A DNA stretch of 64,000 bases, taken from positions 320,848-384,847 of the forward strand of contig NZ_KQ410724.1 of the NCBI RefSeq assembly GCF_001262505.1, read 5' to 3'. A program made the translations under genes and the position numbers. Below, piece by piece: positions 1 through 10,368 of the stretch (position 1 is its first letter; every line of letters starts with the position of its first letter). The notes beneath the pieces were generated by a model. The model searched no databases. It was given only the letters and a program-made list of their open reading frames with translations, and was not told the origin of the DNA. The DNA comes from Shinella sp. SUS2 (lineage in GTDB: Bacteria > Pseudomonadota > Alphaproteobacteria > Rhizobiales > Rhizobiaceae).

Positions 1-3000
1 CGATCGTCCTTCTCGCGGCGACCGATGCGGGCTATGCCCGGCTCGTCGCGCTTGTCAGCCGTGCCTATCTCGGCGGCGAAGGCAGCCAGGCGATCCGCGT
101 TGCCTATAGCTGGCTGCAGGAAGAGGGAGCGGAAGGACTGATCGCGCTTTCCGGTGCGCTCGGCGGCCCCGTCGACATGGCCTTCCTCGCCGGCCAGCCG
201 GCCGTCGCACGGGCGCGGCTTCACGCGCTGAAGCGCGTGTTCGGCGACCGGCTTTATATCGAATTGCAGCGGCACGGCCGCTTTGACAGGCAGCATGAAC
301 GGCGCATGGTCGAGCTCGCCTATGCGGAGGACGTGCCGCTGGTCGCGACCAACGAGCCGTTCTTCCCGGCACCCGACGATTACGATGCGCATGACGCCCT
401 GATGGCGGTGGCGCACAATGCGATGGTGTCCGACGACAACCGTTTCCGCCTGTCACCGGACCATTATCTCAAGAGCCGCAAGGACATGGCGAAGCTCTTC
501 GCCGACCTGCCGGAGGCGCTGGAGAGCACGATCGAGATCGCTCGGCGCTGCTCCTTCGTGCTGCAGACACGCGGGCCGATCCTGCCGCGTTTCACCGGTG
601 CGACGGACGATCCGGAGGAGGCGGAGCGCGCGGAGTCCGCGGAACTGCGGCGCCAGTCCGTGGAGGGGCTGGAAAGCCGCATGGAACTGCTCGGCCTGAC
701 GCCGGGCTATACGGAACAGGACTATCGCGAGCGGCTGGACTTCGAGCTCAGCGTCATCGAGCGCATGAAGTTCCCCGGCTACTTCCTGATCGTTGCCGAC
801 TTCATCAAATGGGCCAAGCAGCACAACATCCCCGTCGGCCCGGGGCGTGGATCGGGCGCGGGCTCGCTGGTCGCCTATGCGTTGACGATCACCGACGTCG
901 ATCCGCTGCGCTTCTCGCTGCTCTTCGAACGCTTCCTCAATCCGGAACGCGTCTCGATGCCGGACTTCGACATCGACTTCTGCCAGGATCGCCGCGAAGA
1001 GGTGATCCGCTACGTGCAGCAGAAATACGGCCGCGAGCAGGTGGCGCAGATCATCACGTTCGGGTCGCTGCAGGCGCGCGCGGCGCTGCGCGACGTCGGC
1101 CGCGTGCTCGAAATGCCCTATGGCCAGGTCGACAAGATCTGCAAGCTCGTGCCGAACAATCCGGCCAACCCGACGCCGCTCTACAAGGCGATCGAGGAGG
1201 AGCCGAAACTGCAGGAAGAGGCCGAGAAGGAGCCGGTCGTCGCGCGCCTGCTCGACATTGCCCAGAAGATCGAGGGCCTCTACCGCCACGCGTCGACGCA
1301 CGCCGCCGGTATCGTGATCGGCGACCGTCCGCTCTCGCAGCTCGTGCCGATGTACCGCGATCCGCGCTCCGACATGCCGGTCACCCAGTTCAACATGAAA
1401 TGGGTCGAGCAGGCCGGCCTCGTCAAGTTCGACTTCCTCGGCCTGAAGACGCTGACGGTGCTGAAGACGGCGGTCGATTTCATCCGCAAGCGCGCAATCG
1501 AGGTAAAGCTCGAAAGCCTGCCGCTCGACGACCAGCTGACCTACGAGATGCTGTCGCGCGGTGAGACGGTCGGCGTGTTCCAGGTGGAAAGCGCGGGCAT
1601 GCGCAAGGCGCTGATCGGCATGCGGCCCGACTGCATCGAAGACATCATCGCGCTGGTGGCGCTTTATCGCCCGGGCCCGATGGAGAACATCCCTGTCTAC
1701 AACGCCCGCAAGCACGGCGAGGAGGAGATCGAATCGATCCACCCGATGATCGACCATCTCCTCAAGGAGACGCAGGGCGTTATCGTCTACCAGGAACAGG
1801 TGATGCAGATCGCCCAGGTCCTGTCTGGCTATTCGCTCGGCGAAGCCGATCTACTGCGCCGCGCCATGGGCAAGAAGATCAAGGAGGAAATGGACAAGCA
1901 GCGCGCCCGCTTCGTCGATGGCGCCGTCAAGAACGGCGTGTCGAAGCCGCAGTCGGATCTCATCTTCGACCTGCTCGCCAAGTTCGCGAACTATGGCTTC
2001 AACAAGTCGCACGCCGCCGCCTATGCCATCGTCTCCTACCAGACGGCCTATCTCAAGGCGCATTACCCGGTCGAGTTCCTCGCCGCGTCGATGACCTACG
2101 ATATGTCCAACACGGACAAGCTGAACGATTTCCGGCAGGATGCCGGCCGGCTCGGTATCGAGGTCATCCCGCCCTCGGTGCAGACCTCGTTCCCTCATTT
2201 CGAGACCGGGGAAAACCGCATCTACTATGCGCTTGCCGCCATCAAGGGCGTCGGCGGGGCCGCGGTGCAGCATATCGTCGATGTGCGCGGTACGGCGCCG
2301 TTCAAGAGTCTGGAAGATTTTTGCGTGCGCATCGACCCCAAGTTCGTCAACCGCCGGGTCTTCGAGAGCCTGATCGTCGCCGGCGCCTTCGATTGTTTCG
2401 GCCATGATCGCGCGGCGATGATCGCCGGCCTCGACAGGCTTCTCGGCGCCGCCCAGCGCGCGCAGGAAAACAAGACGAGCGGGCAGGGCGATATCTTCGG
2501 CATGGGCGCGGCAACGGGGCCGGAGGTCATCACGCTTCCGTCCTACACGCCCTGGCTCGCCTCGGAAAAGCTGCACCGCGAATTCCAGGTGCTCGGCTTC
2601 TACCTGTCGGCCCACCCGCTCGACACCTATGCGCCGATCCTCTCCAAGATGCGCGTGCAGACCTTCGGTGACTTCGCCGCGGCGGTGAAGCGCGGCGCGA
2701 CCGCCGGTCGCCTCGCCGGCACGGTGACCTCCAAGCAGGAGCGCAAGACGCGCACCGGCAACAAGATGGGCATCGTCGCCTTTTCCGATTCGTCCGGCCA
2801 GTTCGAGGCAGTGCTGTTCTCTGAAATGCTGAACCAGTACCGCGACTTGCTGGAGCCCGGCAAGTCGCTGGTCCTGACCGTGCAGGCGGAAGAGCGGCCG
2901 GAAGGCATCGGCCTGCGCATCCAGACGCTGCGGTCGCTGGAGGAAGAATCGCTGCAGACGCAGAAGGCGCTGCGTGTCTACGTGCGCGACAGCGGCCCGC

Positions 3001-3179
3001 TTCGCTCCATCGCCGCTCATCTCAACACGAAGGGCGACGGTCTCGTCTCCTTCATCGTCATCAAGGACAACGGCCAGCGGGAAATCGAGGTGGAGCTCAA
3101 CGAACGCTTCCGCATTTCCTCGGAAATCGCCGCCGCCATGCGCTCCACGCCGGGCGTGCTGGACGTGGAACTGGTCTGA
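1..3179 (+). CDS. dnaE: DNA polymerase III alpha subunit, 5'-truncated at the window edge
   Basis: The reading frame is open from nt 3, with no stop before the first ATG at 177. The 1000 aa product has DnaE-like PHP/polymerase motifs (GSGAGSLVAYAL, FNKSHAAAYA). Confidence 0.93.
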   Translation, partial: IVLLAATDAGYARLVALVSRAYLGGEGSQAIRVAYSWLQEEGAEGLIALSGALGGPVDMAFLAGQPAVARARLHALKRVFGDRLYIELQRHGRFDRQHERRMVELAYAEDVPLVATNEPFFPAPDDYDAHDALMAVAHNAMVSDDNRFRLSPDHYLKSRKDMAKLFADLPEALESTIEIARRCSFVLQTRGPILPRFTGATDDPEEAERAESAELRRQSVEGLESRMELLGLTPGYTEQDYRERLDFELSVIERMKFPGYFLIVADFIKWAKQHNIPVGPGRGSGAGSLVAYALTITDVDPLRFSLLFERFLNPERVSMPDFDIDFCQDRREEVIRYVQQKYGREQVAQIITFGSLQARAALRDVGRVLEMPYGQVDKICKLVPNNPANPTPLYKAIEEEPKLQEEAEKEPVVARLLDIAQKIEGLYRHASTHAAGIVIGDRPLSQLVPMYRDPRSDMPVTQFNMKWVEQAGLVKFDFLGLKTLTVLKTAVDFIRKRAIEVKLESLPLDDQLTYEMLSRGETVGVFQVESAGMRKALIGMRPDCIEDIIALVALYRPGPMENIPVYNARKHGEEEIESIHPMIDHLLKETQGVIVYQEQVMQIAQVLSGYSLGEADLLRRAMGKKIKEEMDKQRARFVDGAVKNGVSKPQSDLIFDLLAKFANYGFNKSHAAAYAIVSYQTAYLKAHYPVEFLAASMTYDMSNTDKLNDFRQDAGRLGIEVIPPSVQTSFPHFETGENRIYYALAAIKGVGGAAVQHIVDVRGTAPFKSLEDFCVRIDPKFVNRRVFESLIVAGAFDCFGHDRAAMIAGLDRLLGAAQRAQENKTSGQGDIFGMGAATGPEVITLPSYTPWLASEKLHREFQVLGFYLSAHPLDTYAPILSKMRVQTFGDFAAAVKRGATAGRLAGTVTSKQERKTRTGNKMGIVAFSDSSGQFEAVLFSEMLNQYRDLLEPGKSLVLTVQAEERPEGIGLRIQTLRSLEEESLQTQKALRVYVRDSGPLRSIAAHLNTKGDGLVSFIVIKDNGQREIEVELNERFRISSEIAAAMRSTPGVLDVELV

Positions 3180-3199
3180 GGCACGGGAGACGGAGTGTC

Positions 3200-3898
3200 T
3201 TGGTCAACCTCGTCCTCTACAGCGACCAGACCGCGGGCGAGGGCGCGGAGATCGATGCCTGTCTCCTGGGCGTCCTTCGTGAGCGGCGCGGCGATGCCCG
3301 GATCGGTTACGTTGCGTCGGGCCCGGATCCGGAGCGTACGTTTTTTCAGGCGGGCAGGGCCTATTACGCGCGGCTCGGCCTTGATCTCTGTCTCTATCAC
3401 GACCTGGACCTCACCCGGGATGCCATGGACGTCGCCCGGCTCTTCGCCTGCGATGCCATTCACCTTTCCGGCGGGCATACCGGCGATTTCCTGATGCGGC
3501 TGAAGCGCAGTGCGCTGCTCGCGCCCCTGCGGGACTGGGCACGAGGCGGCGGTGTCCTGATCGGTGTCAGCGCGGGCGCCATCCTCATGGCGCCGACGAT
3601 CGCGACCGACGCGCTCTTCCTTGGGGAACGGCCGGAAGATGTGGAGGGCGAAGCCCTCGATCTGATGCCGTTGGAATTTTTCCCGCATCTCGATGACGAC
3701 GCGGCCTATTTCCCCGCGCTCCTTCGCTACAGCAGGCACACGCGGCGCCCCATTCTTGCCTGCAATGATGGGGACGGCGCGGTCGTGCATGAGGGCAGGG
3801 TCGCCTGTTTCGGCAAGGCCATCTGGATCGCCGATGGCGCGGTCACCGAGGCCCGCGGCACGGTTTCCCTGGAGGAAATCGCAGCACGCAGCGCTTAG
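3200..3898 (+). CDS. Peptidase E / S51 family dipeptidase
   Basis: TTG start preceded by GGGAGACGGAG. N-terminus MVNLVLYSDQ is PepE-like, and the S51 nucleophile motif GVSAG is present. Confidence 0.7.
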   Translation: MVNLVLYSDQTAGEGAEIDACLLGVLRERRGDARIGYVASGPDPERTFFQAGRAYYARLGLDLCLYHDLDLTRDAMDVARLFACDAIHLSGGHTGDFLMRLKRSALLAPLRDWARGGGVLIGVSAGAILMAPTIATDALFLGERPEDVEGEALDLMPLEFFPHLDDDAAYFPALLRYSRHTRRPILACNDGDGAVVHEGRVACFGKAIWIADGAVTEARGTVSLEEIAARSA

Positions 3899-3975
3899 GC
3901 GGCGGCGTGGGATATTCTGCCGGTGATGTTCGTCGCCTGGCATGTCTCAAGACGGCAGCGGTGAAGAGGGGCCTT

Positions 3976-5136
3976 TCAGCCTGCGTGGCCGTCGATTTCC
4001 CGTTCGTGCGCTGCGATTTGCGCGAAGGAGACGGAGCCTTGGGTGTCGCCTGGCGCCCGCCCCGCCAGGACGTAGCCCGAGCCTGCCTTTGTCAGCATCA
4101 GCATGTCGTCGGCAATCGAGATCCGGAAAATCGGGTGGGGAATGCCGTCGGCCATCGCAGCGGGCTGGATCGCGCAATGGGTTGCGGCGGGCCGGGCGCG
4201 GCGGAGCAGGAGGTCGGCCGCTGCGGCGACAGGTTCGTGTCTGACGAAGGCCGTGATGGCGTCGACGTCCGTCCGCTCCGCGATGCCGATCAGGGAGACG
4301 GCCGTCCAGGTCACGTCCCGTCCGCCGAGCTGCAAGGCGTAGAGGCGGACACCGCCGCCGGCGCAGGCTGCGCCACGCAGTCCGAAGCTCGTCTGGACGA
4401 GCCGAACCTCTTCGCGGCGGCCGCCGATGTCGATCACCTCTGTGGTTCCCGGATCAATCAGGGTCTCGTCCGCCGCATCGGCCGCGAGCCCCAAAGCGAG
4501 GAGCAGAGGGTCGGAAAGAGATTGCCGGAAGGCTTCGATGCGGGCTTTCGACAGCCGGAGCGCACGCCGGGGATTGGAAACGGCACCTTGTTCCCAGGCC
4601 GCTTCGAAACCGGCAGGATCGAGATAGCGGATGTCGGGCCATGCCTTGATCCAGGCAGCCGCCTGGTCCGTGGCCGGCCTGAGGCGTTCTGCCTCCTCGA
4701 AACGCTTGTCCAGCGCATCGAGCGCGCCGTCCCGGCCGCCGGAAAAGCCGGTCTGTGCATCCGCCTGGTCTGGGTTGGCGGCAATCCAGAGGCCGAGCTC
4801 ACCCAGCAGTGCGGCATGGTCGGGCGCGCCCATGGCGGACAGCCCTGCCATGCCGTTGGCAAGAATGGCCTGCCTTCGTGTCCCGCAGTTGTGAACGAAC
4901 TGGCTGTGTCCGCCGTTCAGCACCTGCGCGATGTAGAAATCGGCGTGGTAGAGCTGGATCAGCCGGTGCGGCACCTCGTCGGCACGGTAAAGGCCTGCCG
5001 AAAAGAGGTGGTTGACGAAATCGACGACGGTCGCAACGAGCTCGGACGCGTTGCCGGGACTATCCTTGGCAAGTGCATGAGGGATCGGGACGACAGGGGC
5101 CGGCTGGGGTGGCGTCACGCGTTTTCCGAAGGTCAT
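3976..5136 (-). CDS. Hypothetical protein; N-terminal region weakly resembles DMP19/DUF4375 (NGGxSQF motif), C-terminal half unknown
   Basis: 386 aa ORF on the strand opposite a long spurious + ORF. Motif VLNGGHSQFVHN. Family assignment is from memory and is low confidence. Confidence 0.45.
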   Translation of the reverse strand: MTFGKRVTPPQPAPVVPIPHALAKDSPGNASELVATVVDFVNHLFSAGLYRADEVPHRLIQLYHADFYIAQVLNGGHSQFVHNCGTRRQAILANGMAGLSAMGAPDHAALLGELGLWIAANPDQADAQTGFSGGRDGALDALDKRFEEAERLRPATDQAAAWIKAWPDIRYLDPAGFEAAWEQGAVSNPRRALRLSKARIEAFRQSLSDPLLLALGLAADAADETLIDPGTTEVIDIGGRREEVRLVQTSFGLRGAACAGGGVRLYALQLGGRDVTWTAVSLIGIAERTDVDAITAFVRHEPVAAAADLLLRRARPAATHCAIQPAAMADGIPHPIFRISIADDMLMLTKAGSGYVLAGRAPGDTQGSVSFAQIAAHEREIDGHAG

Positions 5137-5256
5137 TCAGACACCTTTGAAGAGGAGAGGCAGCGAGGGGCGTCATGTCATGGACGGCGCCCGCGTCGAG
5201 ACATTCGCCGGCAGGCGGTATCGATGGCCTGCTGCAAGGCAGGCCACAGCTGCCTG

Positions 5257-6594
5257 TCAGTTCACGACGGTGATCGATGCCTTCTTCTTTTTCTTCGATG
5301 TCTTGCCGCTCTGTACCGCTCCTGCATCGGCCTTCTGCACCTTGCGCGTCACGGTGATGAAGTCCGTTCCGTCGCCGGTTTCCGGGCCGAGCCCGGTGTC
5401 GGAGATGGAGAGGGAGGCGCCTTCGCCCATCAGGCCGGAAATGCGCAGGCGCATGTCCTCCGGAATATCGAGCCGGTCGAGGGTTTTTGCCAGCACCTCG
5501 GGGGCAGTGGCATCGGCTTCGGTGGTGATGCCGAGGCGCTTCATCGTCGCCTGCGAAAGCTGGTTGTCCATGCTGACGCCGTACCATTCCGCCTTGCCCT
5601 TGTCGGCATCGACCTCGCGGGCCAGCAGGAAATGCGTGCCAAGGGCGATTTCGGGGTTGCGGATGGTGATCGGCATTTCGAGGACGGGCTTGAATTTCTG
5701 CCGGACGAGGATCTGTCCATTCGGCGGCGCCCCCTTGCCGGCCTTGGCGTAGACGGCGGCGACAAACTCCGGAGAGATCATACCGTCTTCCTTCAGCCCT
5801 TCCGCGAGCTGGAAGGCGCGGATGGCGGTAACGGTCTGCTTGCCGTGCAGGCCATCCGGCACGCCGGCGTCATAGCCGAGCGTCGTCAGCAGCGTCTGCA
5901 GATCCATCAACATCTCGCGCTCGCCGCGGCGGGTGATCAGGATGCGGATCGGGTCCTGCTCTGTTCTTTGTACGATGGGCGTGATGACCTCCGGCTTCGG
6001 ATCGGTCATCGCCACCTCGACGCTCTTCTCGCCGGCTTCGATGAGCGCGGGGCGAAGGCCGGCCTCGGAGAGCAGCGGCGTATCCGGAACGACGACGACA
6101 GGTTTGAACAGCGCGGCATGCACGATGCGCTGCGGCGTGATCTCGCGGTCGGTGACGAGGACATGACCGCCGCGGCGCGTCGTGCTGAACAGCAGTTTCG
6201 CAAAATCGTTCGGCAGGCGCACGCAGCCGTGCGAGGCGGGGTAGGAGGGCACGCTGTTGGAGGCGTGCAACGCGATGCCCGACCAGGTCAGCCGCTGCAT
6301 GAAAGGCATCGGCGCGCTGTCATAGAGGTTCGAGAAATGTGTGCGCTTCTTTTCGAGGATCGAGAAGATGCCGGTCGGCGTGGAATGTCCCGCCTTGCCG
6401 GTGGAAACGCGCGATGTGGCGACCACCACGCCGCCGTCATAGACCTTCAACTCCTGCAGGTCCTTCGACACCATGATCTGGAGCGGACCTTCGAGCGTGC
6501 CGCCGAGCGCGGTGGCGCAGCTCAGCATCAGGCCCACTATGCTCATGCCGGTAACGAGGCGAAACTTCATGTGACCCATCCGTACGCAATACAA
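5257..6594 (-). CDS. L,D-transpeptidase (YkuD domain) with a peptidoglycan-binding domain; exported
   Basis: Catalytic HGCVRL motif and a PG-binding-like segment (LGYDAGVPDGLHGKQTVTAIRAFQ). N-terminal signal peptide. The true start is probably the MKFRL codon at 6570. Confidence 0.85.
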   Translation of the reverse strand: MYCVRMGHMKFRLVTGMSIVGLMLSCATALGGTLEGPLQIMVSKDLQELKVYDGGVVVATSRVSTGKAGHSTPTGIFSILEKKRTHFSNLYDSAPMPFMQRLTWSGIALHASNSVPSYPASHGCVRLPNDFAKLLFSTTRRGGHVLVTDREITPQRIVHAALFKPVVVVPDTPLLSEAGLRPALIEAGEKSVEVAMTDPKPEVITPIVQRTEQDPIRILITRRGEREMLMDLQTLLTTLGYDAGVPDGLHGKQTVTAIRAFQLAEGLKEDGMISPEFVAAVYAKAGKGAPPNGQILVRQKFKPVLEMPITIRNPEIALGTHFLLAREVDADKGKAEWYGVSMDNQLSQATMKRLGITTEADATAPEVLAKTLDRLDIPEDMRLRISGLMGEGASLSISDTGLGPETGDGTDFITVTRKVQKADAGAVQSGKTSKKKKKASITVVN

Positions 6595-6701
6595 ACCGGC
6601 AGGAAGCGTAGTGCATCCGATTTAAGGAAGGCTTGATGCACGCAGACGATCCCCCGATCTGTGCCATCCCGATGCAGTCAAGAACGCTGGCTTGCCGGGA
6701 T

Positions 6702-8051
6702 TTATTCGGTGGGTCCGTCGATTTTTCCGGCGGTCTTGAATGTCAATTTTTCGTGAAACCGGCTGGGGCCGTTCTTGCCGAACGTGTAGCCGGTCTCCAC
6801 GCTCGCCTTGCCGAACTTGTCGCGCAGGGTGTTCATCGCGGCCTCGGCGGCGGCGCGGCGGCTGGCGGCGGGATCGACGAGATCGGGCGGGTCGGCGCGG
6901 CCGGGATCGGCAAGATCGCTGACGCCGATGCCGATCAGCCGGTACTTCGTGCCGTCCACCTCCTTGCGCAGAAGCTCGGTGCCGGTGCGAAAGATGCGAT
7001 CGGCAAGCATGGTGGGGTCTTCCAGCTTGCGGTTGCGCGTGCGGCCTTTGAAATCGGCCGTCTTCAGCTTCAGGACGACGGTGTGGCCGGCGATGCCCGA
7101 CTTGCGCAGGCGCGTGGCGACCTTCTCGCTGAGACGGCGCAGGTGCGCCACCAGTTCGTCATAGCTTGAAATGTCGTCGAAGAAGGTGGTTTCGGCCGAT
7201 ACGCTCTTGGCCGGATCGTTCGCATGCACCTCCCGGTCGTCCTGCCCGCGGGAGAGGTTGAAGAGCCGTTTGCCCATGACGCCGTAGCGGCGCATCAGGT
7301 CGGTTTCCTCCATGGTCTGCAGCTGGCCGACAGTGCGGATGCCGTCGCGCTCCAGCGTCTCGGCAAAGGCCTTGCCGACGCCCCAGATGAGGCGCACCGG
7401 CTTCTCGCGCAGGAAGTCGAGCGCCTCGGCTTCGCCGATGACGGAAAAACCACGCGGCTTGTTGAGGTCCGAAGCCACCTTGGCGAGGAACTTGCAATAG
7501 GAAAGGCCGATCGAGATGGTGATGCCGACTTCGTTTTCGACGCGTTGGGCGAATCGGGCGAGCACCCGGGCGGGTGGATCGTGGTGCAGGCGTTCGGTGC
7601 CCTTCAGCTCCAGAAAGGCCTCGTCGATGGAAAGCGGCTGAACGAGCGGCGTCAGGTCCTGCATCATCGCGCGCACCTGCCGGCCGACGGCGACGTATTT
7701 CTCCATGTTCGGACTGATGACGACGGCGTTGGGACAGGCCTCCAGCGCCTTGAACATCGGCATGGCCGAACGCACGCCGTGGATCCGTGCGACATAGCAG
7801 GCGGTGGAGACGACGCCGCGTTTGCCACCGCCGATAATGACCGGCTTGTCCGCAAGGTCAGGATTGTCGCGCTTCTCGATCGCCGCATAAAAGGCGTCGC
7901 AGTCGATATGGGCGAGCGTCAGGCCATAGAGTTCGGCATGATAGACGAGGCGGGGGCTGCCGCATGCGCGGCAACGGCGCAGGTTCACAGGCTGCCCGGC
8001 AAGGCAGTCGCGGCAGAAGCCCGGAAAACGCGATTCGGCTGTGCTCATCAT
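6702..8051 (-). CDS. dinB: DNA polymerase IV (Y-family) with an N-terminal CxxC...CxxC zinc-ribbon extension
   Basis: Motifs [23 protein letters not shown] and [15 protein letters not shown]. The ATG ATG pair at 8051/8048 is preferred over the TTG at 8060. A LexA box lies immediately upstream. Confidence 0.9.
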   Translation of the reverse strand: MMSTAESRFPGFCRDCLAGQPVNLRRCRACGSPRLVYHAELYGLTLAHIDCDAFYAAIEKRDNPDLADKPVIIGGGKRGVVSTACYVARIHGVRSAMPMFKALEACPNAVVISPNMEKYVAVGRQVRAMMQDLTPLVQPLSIDEAFLELKGTERLHHDPPARVLARFAQRVENEVGITISIGLSYCKFLAKVASDLNKPRGFSVIGEAEALDFLREKPVRLIWGVGKAFAETLERDGIRTVGQLQTMEETDLMRRYGVMGKRLFNLSRGQDDREVHANDPAKSVSAETTFFDDISSYDELVAHLRRLSEKVATRLRKSGIAGHTVVLKLKTADFKGRTRNRKLEDPTMLADRIFRTGTELLRKEVDGTKYRLIGIGVSDLADPGRADPPDLVDPAASRRAAAEAAMNTLRDKFGKASVETGYTFGKNGPSRFHEKLTFKTAGKIDGPTE

Positions 8052-8054
8052 GCG

Positions 8055-8069
8055 GAACAAATATTGAAC
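8055..8069 (+). promoter_or_regulatory. Alphaproteobacterial SOS (LexA) box GAAC-N7-GAAC upstream of dinB
   Basis: The sequence GAACAAATATTGAAC abuts the dinB start codon. It matches the GAAC-N7-GAAC (GTTC-N7-GTTC) LexA operator described for Rhizobiaceae and Rhodobacter. Confidence 0.7.
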
Positions 8070-8171
8070 ATCGCGACATTACCGCTTAAATTCACGAGTC
8101 TCAAGCGCTGCGGGAGGTGAAGGCATGACGACGCACAGGCAAGCGCGTGGAGACCCCCGCTTATCGCCCAC

Positions 8172-8471
8172 TCAGAAATCGTCGCTGCCGTGCGGCCCGC
8201 TGAGGACGGCGTGGGCGTGCACCACCGCCTCCGGCGTGACACCTGTCGCGGTGCTGAAAGAAAGGAGCGTCGGTTCGTGCTCCATCAGGAAAGCAACGAG
8301 GCCGGCGAGAAAGCCGGGATCGTCGATGGCATTGCGCACATCCGAAGGTGAGACGCCGGTAAGCGAGAGGAAACGCGAGAGCAGTTCGGGTTCTCCGGCC
8401 AGCCAGCCGAGGACGGCGACGGCGGTTGCCTCGGCATCGGCAACCGCGGGTGTATCTTTTTGGCTTTTCAT
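8172..8471 (-). CDS. DUF3572 family protein
   Basis: 99 aa, diverging from divK. Composition and length are typical of DUF3572, which sits upstream of divK-pleD in Rhizobiales. Confidence 0.6.
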   Translation of the reverse strand: MKSQKDTPAVADAEATAVAVLGWLAGEPELLSRFLSLTGVSPSDVRNAIDDPGFLAGLVAFLMEHEPTLLSFSTATGVTPEAVVHAHAVLSGPHGSDDF

Positions 8472-8612
8472 CGTTTTTCCTCGGGAAATTTACCTTTTAA
8501 TCAACCAAGTCGCGCTAACGTCGATGCGGACAAGCTGGGTGATTTCGGCTTTGCCGCAACTTATCGATCCACCGGAAGGTTGCAAGGCCGGCAAGAGGAA
8601 CAGGGACGCACG

Positions 8613-8984
8613 ATGCCCAAGCAGGTGATGATTGTCGAGGACAACGAGCTCAACATGAAGCTCTTCCGGGATCTCATCGAGGCGTCCGGCTATACGACCA
8701 TCCAGACCCGGAATGGTATGGAAGCCCTTGATCTTGCCCGCAAACACCGCCCGGACCTGATCCTGATGGATATCCAGCTTCCCGAGGTCTCCGGCCTCGA
8801 AGTCACCAAGTGGCTGAAGGAAGACGACGAGCTGCATGTCATCCCGGTGATTGCCGTCACAGCCTTCGCGATGAAGGGCGACGAGGAGCGAATCCGCCAG
8901 GGCGGCTGCGAGGCCTATGTCTCCAAGCCGATCTCCGTTCCGAAATTCATCGAAACCATCAAAACCTATCTCGGCGACGCATGA
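8613..8984 (+). CDS. divK: Single-domain response regulator DivK
   Basis: 123 aa receiver domain ([14 protein letters not shown]...[12 protein letters not shown]...KPISV). SD AGGAA is upstream. pleD follows 16 nt downstream. Confidence 0.9.
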   Translation: MPKQVMIVEDNELNMKLFRDLIEASGYTTIQTRNGMEALDLARKHRPDLILMDIQLPEVSGLEVTKWLKEDDELHVIPVIAVTAFAMKGDEERIRQGGCEAYVSKPISVPKFIETIKTYLGDA

Positions 8985-9000
8985 GTCGGAGGTCAGGGCC

Positions 9001-10368
9001 ATGACAGCGCGCATTCTCGTCGTCGACGACATTCCGGCAAACGTAAAGCTGCTCGAGGCGCGGCTGCTCGCGGAGTATTTCGACGTGCTGACGGCCGAGA
9101 ATGGCTATGATGCGCTTGCCATGTGCGAACGCACGCAGGTGGATCTCATCCTGCTCGACATCATGATGCCCGGCATCGATGGTTTCGAGGTCTGCGAACG
9201 GTTGAAGGCCAATCCGCGCACGGCCCATATCCCTGTTGTCATGGTGACGGCGCTCGACCAGCCCTCCGACCGCGTGCGCGGCCTCAAGGCCGGCGCCGAC
9301 GATTTTCTCACCAAGCCGGTCAACGACCTGCAACTCATGTCACGGGTGAAGAGCCTCGTGCGGCTGAAGACGTTGACGGACGAGCTGCGCATGCGCGCGG
9401 CCACCGCCCGCGCCATTTCCCTGGAGGAGGGGCTGGACAGCAATCTCGGCGACGAGCCGGGCGATATCCTCCTCGTCGATGGCCGCGCCAGCTCCCAGGA
9501 GCGCATCACCCGCGCGCTGAAGCCGATCGCCGAGGTCACCTCGATGTCCGATCCGCAGGCTGCACTCTTCCAGGCGGCCGAAAGCAATTTCGAGCTGGTG
9601 ATCGTCAACGCCAATTTCGAGGACTACGATCCGCTGCGCCTGTGCTCGCAGCTCCGCTCGCTGGAACGCACCCGCTTTCTGCCGATCCTGCTGATCGCGG
9701 AGCAGGGTGACGACGACATGGTGGTGCGCGCACTTGATCTCGGCGTCACGGACTATCTGATGCGGCCGATCGACCCGAACGAGCTGATCGCCCGCAGCCT
9801 CACCCAGATCCGCCGCAAGCGCTGCAACGACCGCCTGCGCGCCAGCGTGCGCCAGACGATCGAATTGGCCGTCACGGACGGCCTGACGGGTCTGCACAAC
9901 CGTCGCTATCTCGACAACCACATGAAGCTGCTGATCGACCGCGCGACGGCGCGGGGCCGGCCTCTGTCGGTCTGCATCACGGATATCGACCGCTTCAAGC
10001 TGGTCAACGACACCTATGGCCATGATGCCGGCGATGCGGTGCTGCGCGAATTCGCCAGCCGCGTGCGCTCGGCCGTGCGCGGCGCCGACCTTGCCTGCCG
10101 TTACGGCGGGGAGGAGTTCGTTCTGGTGATGCCGGATACCTCTGCCGACATGGCGGCAGGTGTCGCGGAGCGCCTCCGCACGATCGTCGAACGGGAACCG
10201 TTCCGCGTGCCCGGCACGGACGTCTTCCTGTCCATCACCGCTTCGCTCGGCCTTGCCAGTGCGCTGTCGGCCGGAGACAGTCCGGAAGCCCTGTTGAAGC
10301 GCGCCGATACCGCGCTTTATGAGGCGAAGCGCTCCGGCCGAAACCGGGTCGTGGCTGCCGCAGCGTGA
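9001..10368 (+). CDS. pleD: Response regulator PleD (REC-REC-GGDEF diguanylate cyclase)
   Basis: Two receiver domains followed by a GGDEF domain with an intact GGEEF site (RYGGEEFVLVMPD). GGAGG SD before the ATG at 9001. Confidence 0.92.
   Translation: MTARILVVDDIPANVKLLEARLLAEYFDVLTAENGYDALAMCERTQVDLILLDIMMPGIDGFEVCERLKANPRTAHIPVVMVTALDQPSDRVRGLKAGADDFLTKPVNDLQLMSRVKSLVRLKTLTDELRMRAATARAISLEEGLDSNLGDEPGDILLVDGRASSQERITRALKPIAEVTSMSDPQAALFQAAESNFELVIVNANFEDYDPLRLCSQLRSLERTRFLPILLIAEQGDDDMVVRALDLGVTDYLMRPIDPNELIARSLTQIRRKRCNDRLRASVRQTIELAVTDGLTGLHNRRYLDNHMKLLIDRATARGRPLSVCITDIDRFKLVNDTYGHDAGDAVLREFASRVRSAVRGADLACRYGGEEFVLVMPDTSADMAAGVAERLRTIVEREPFRVPGTDVFLSITASLGLASALSAGDSPEALLKRADTALYEAKRSGRNRVVAAAA

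Noticed and set aside
3907-6636. 909-codon + strand ORF
   Set aside because: It is antisense to two minus-strand genes that have clear family motifs (an NGG..QF protein and an HGCVRL L,D-transpeptidase). Its amino-acid composition is Arg/Gly/Ala-rich, typical of GC-rich antisense artefacts.
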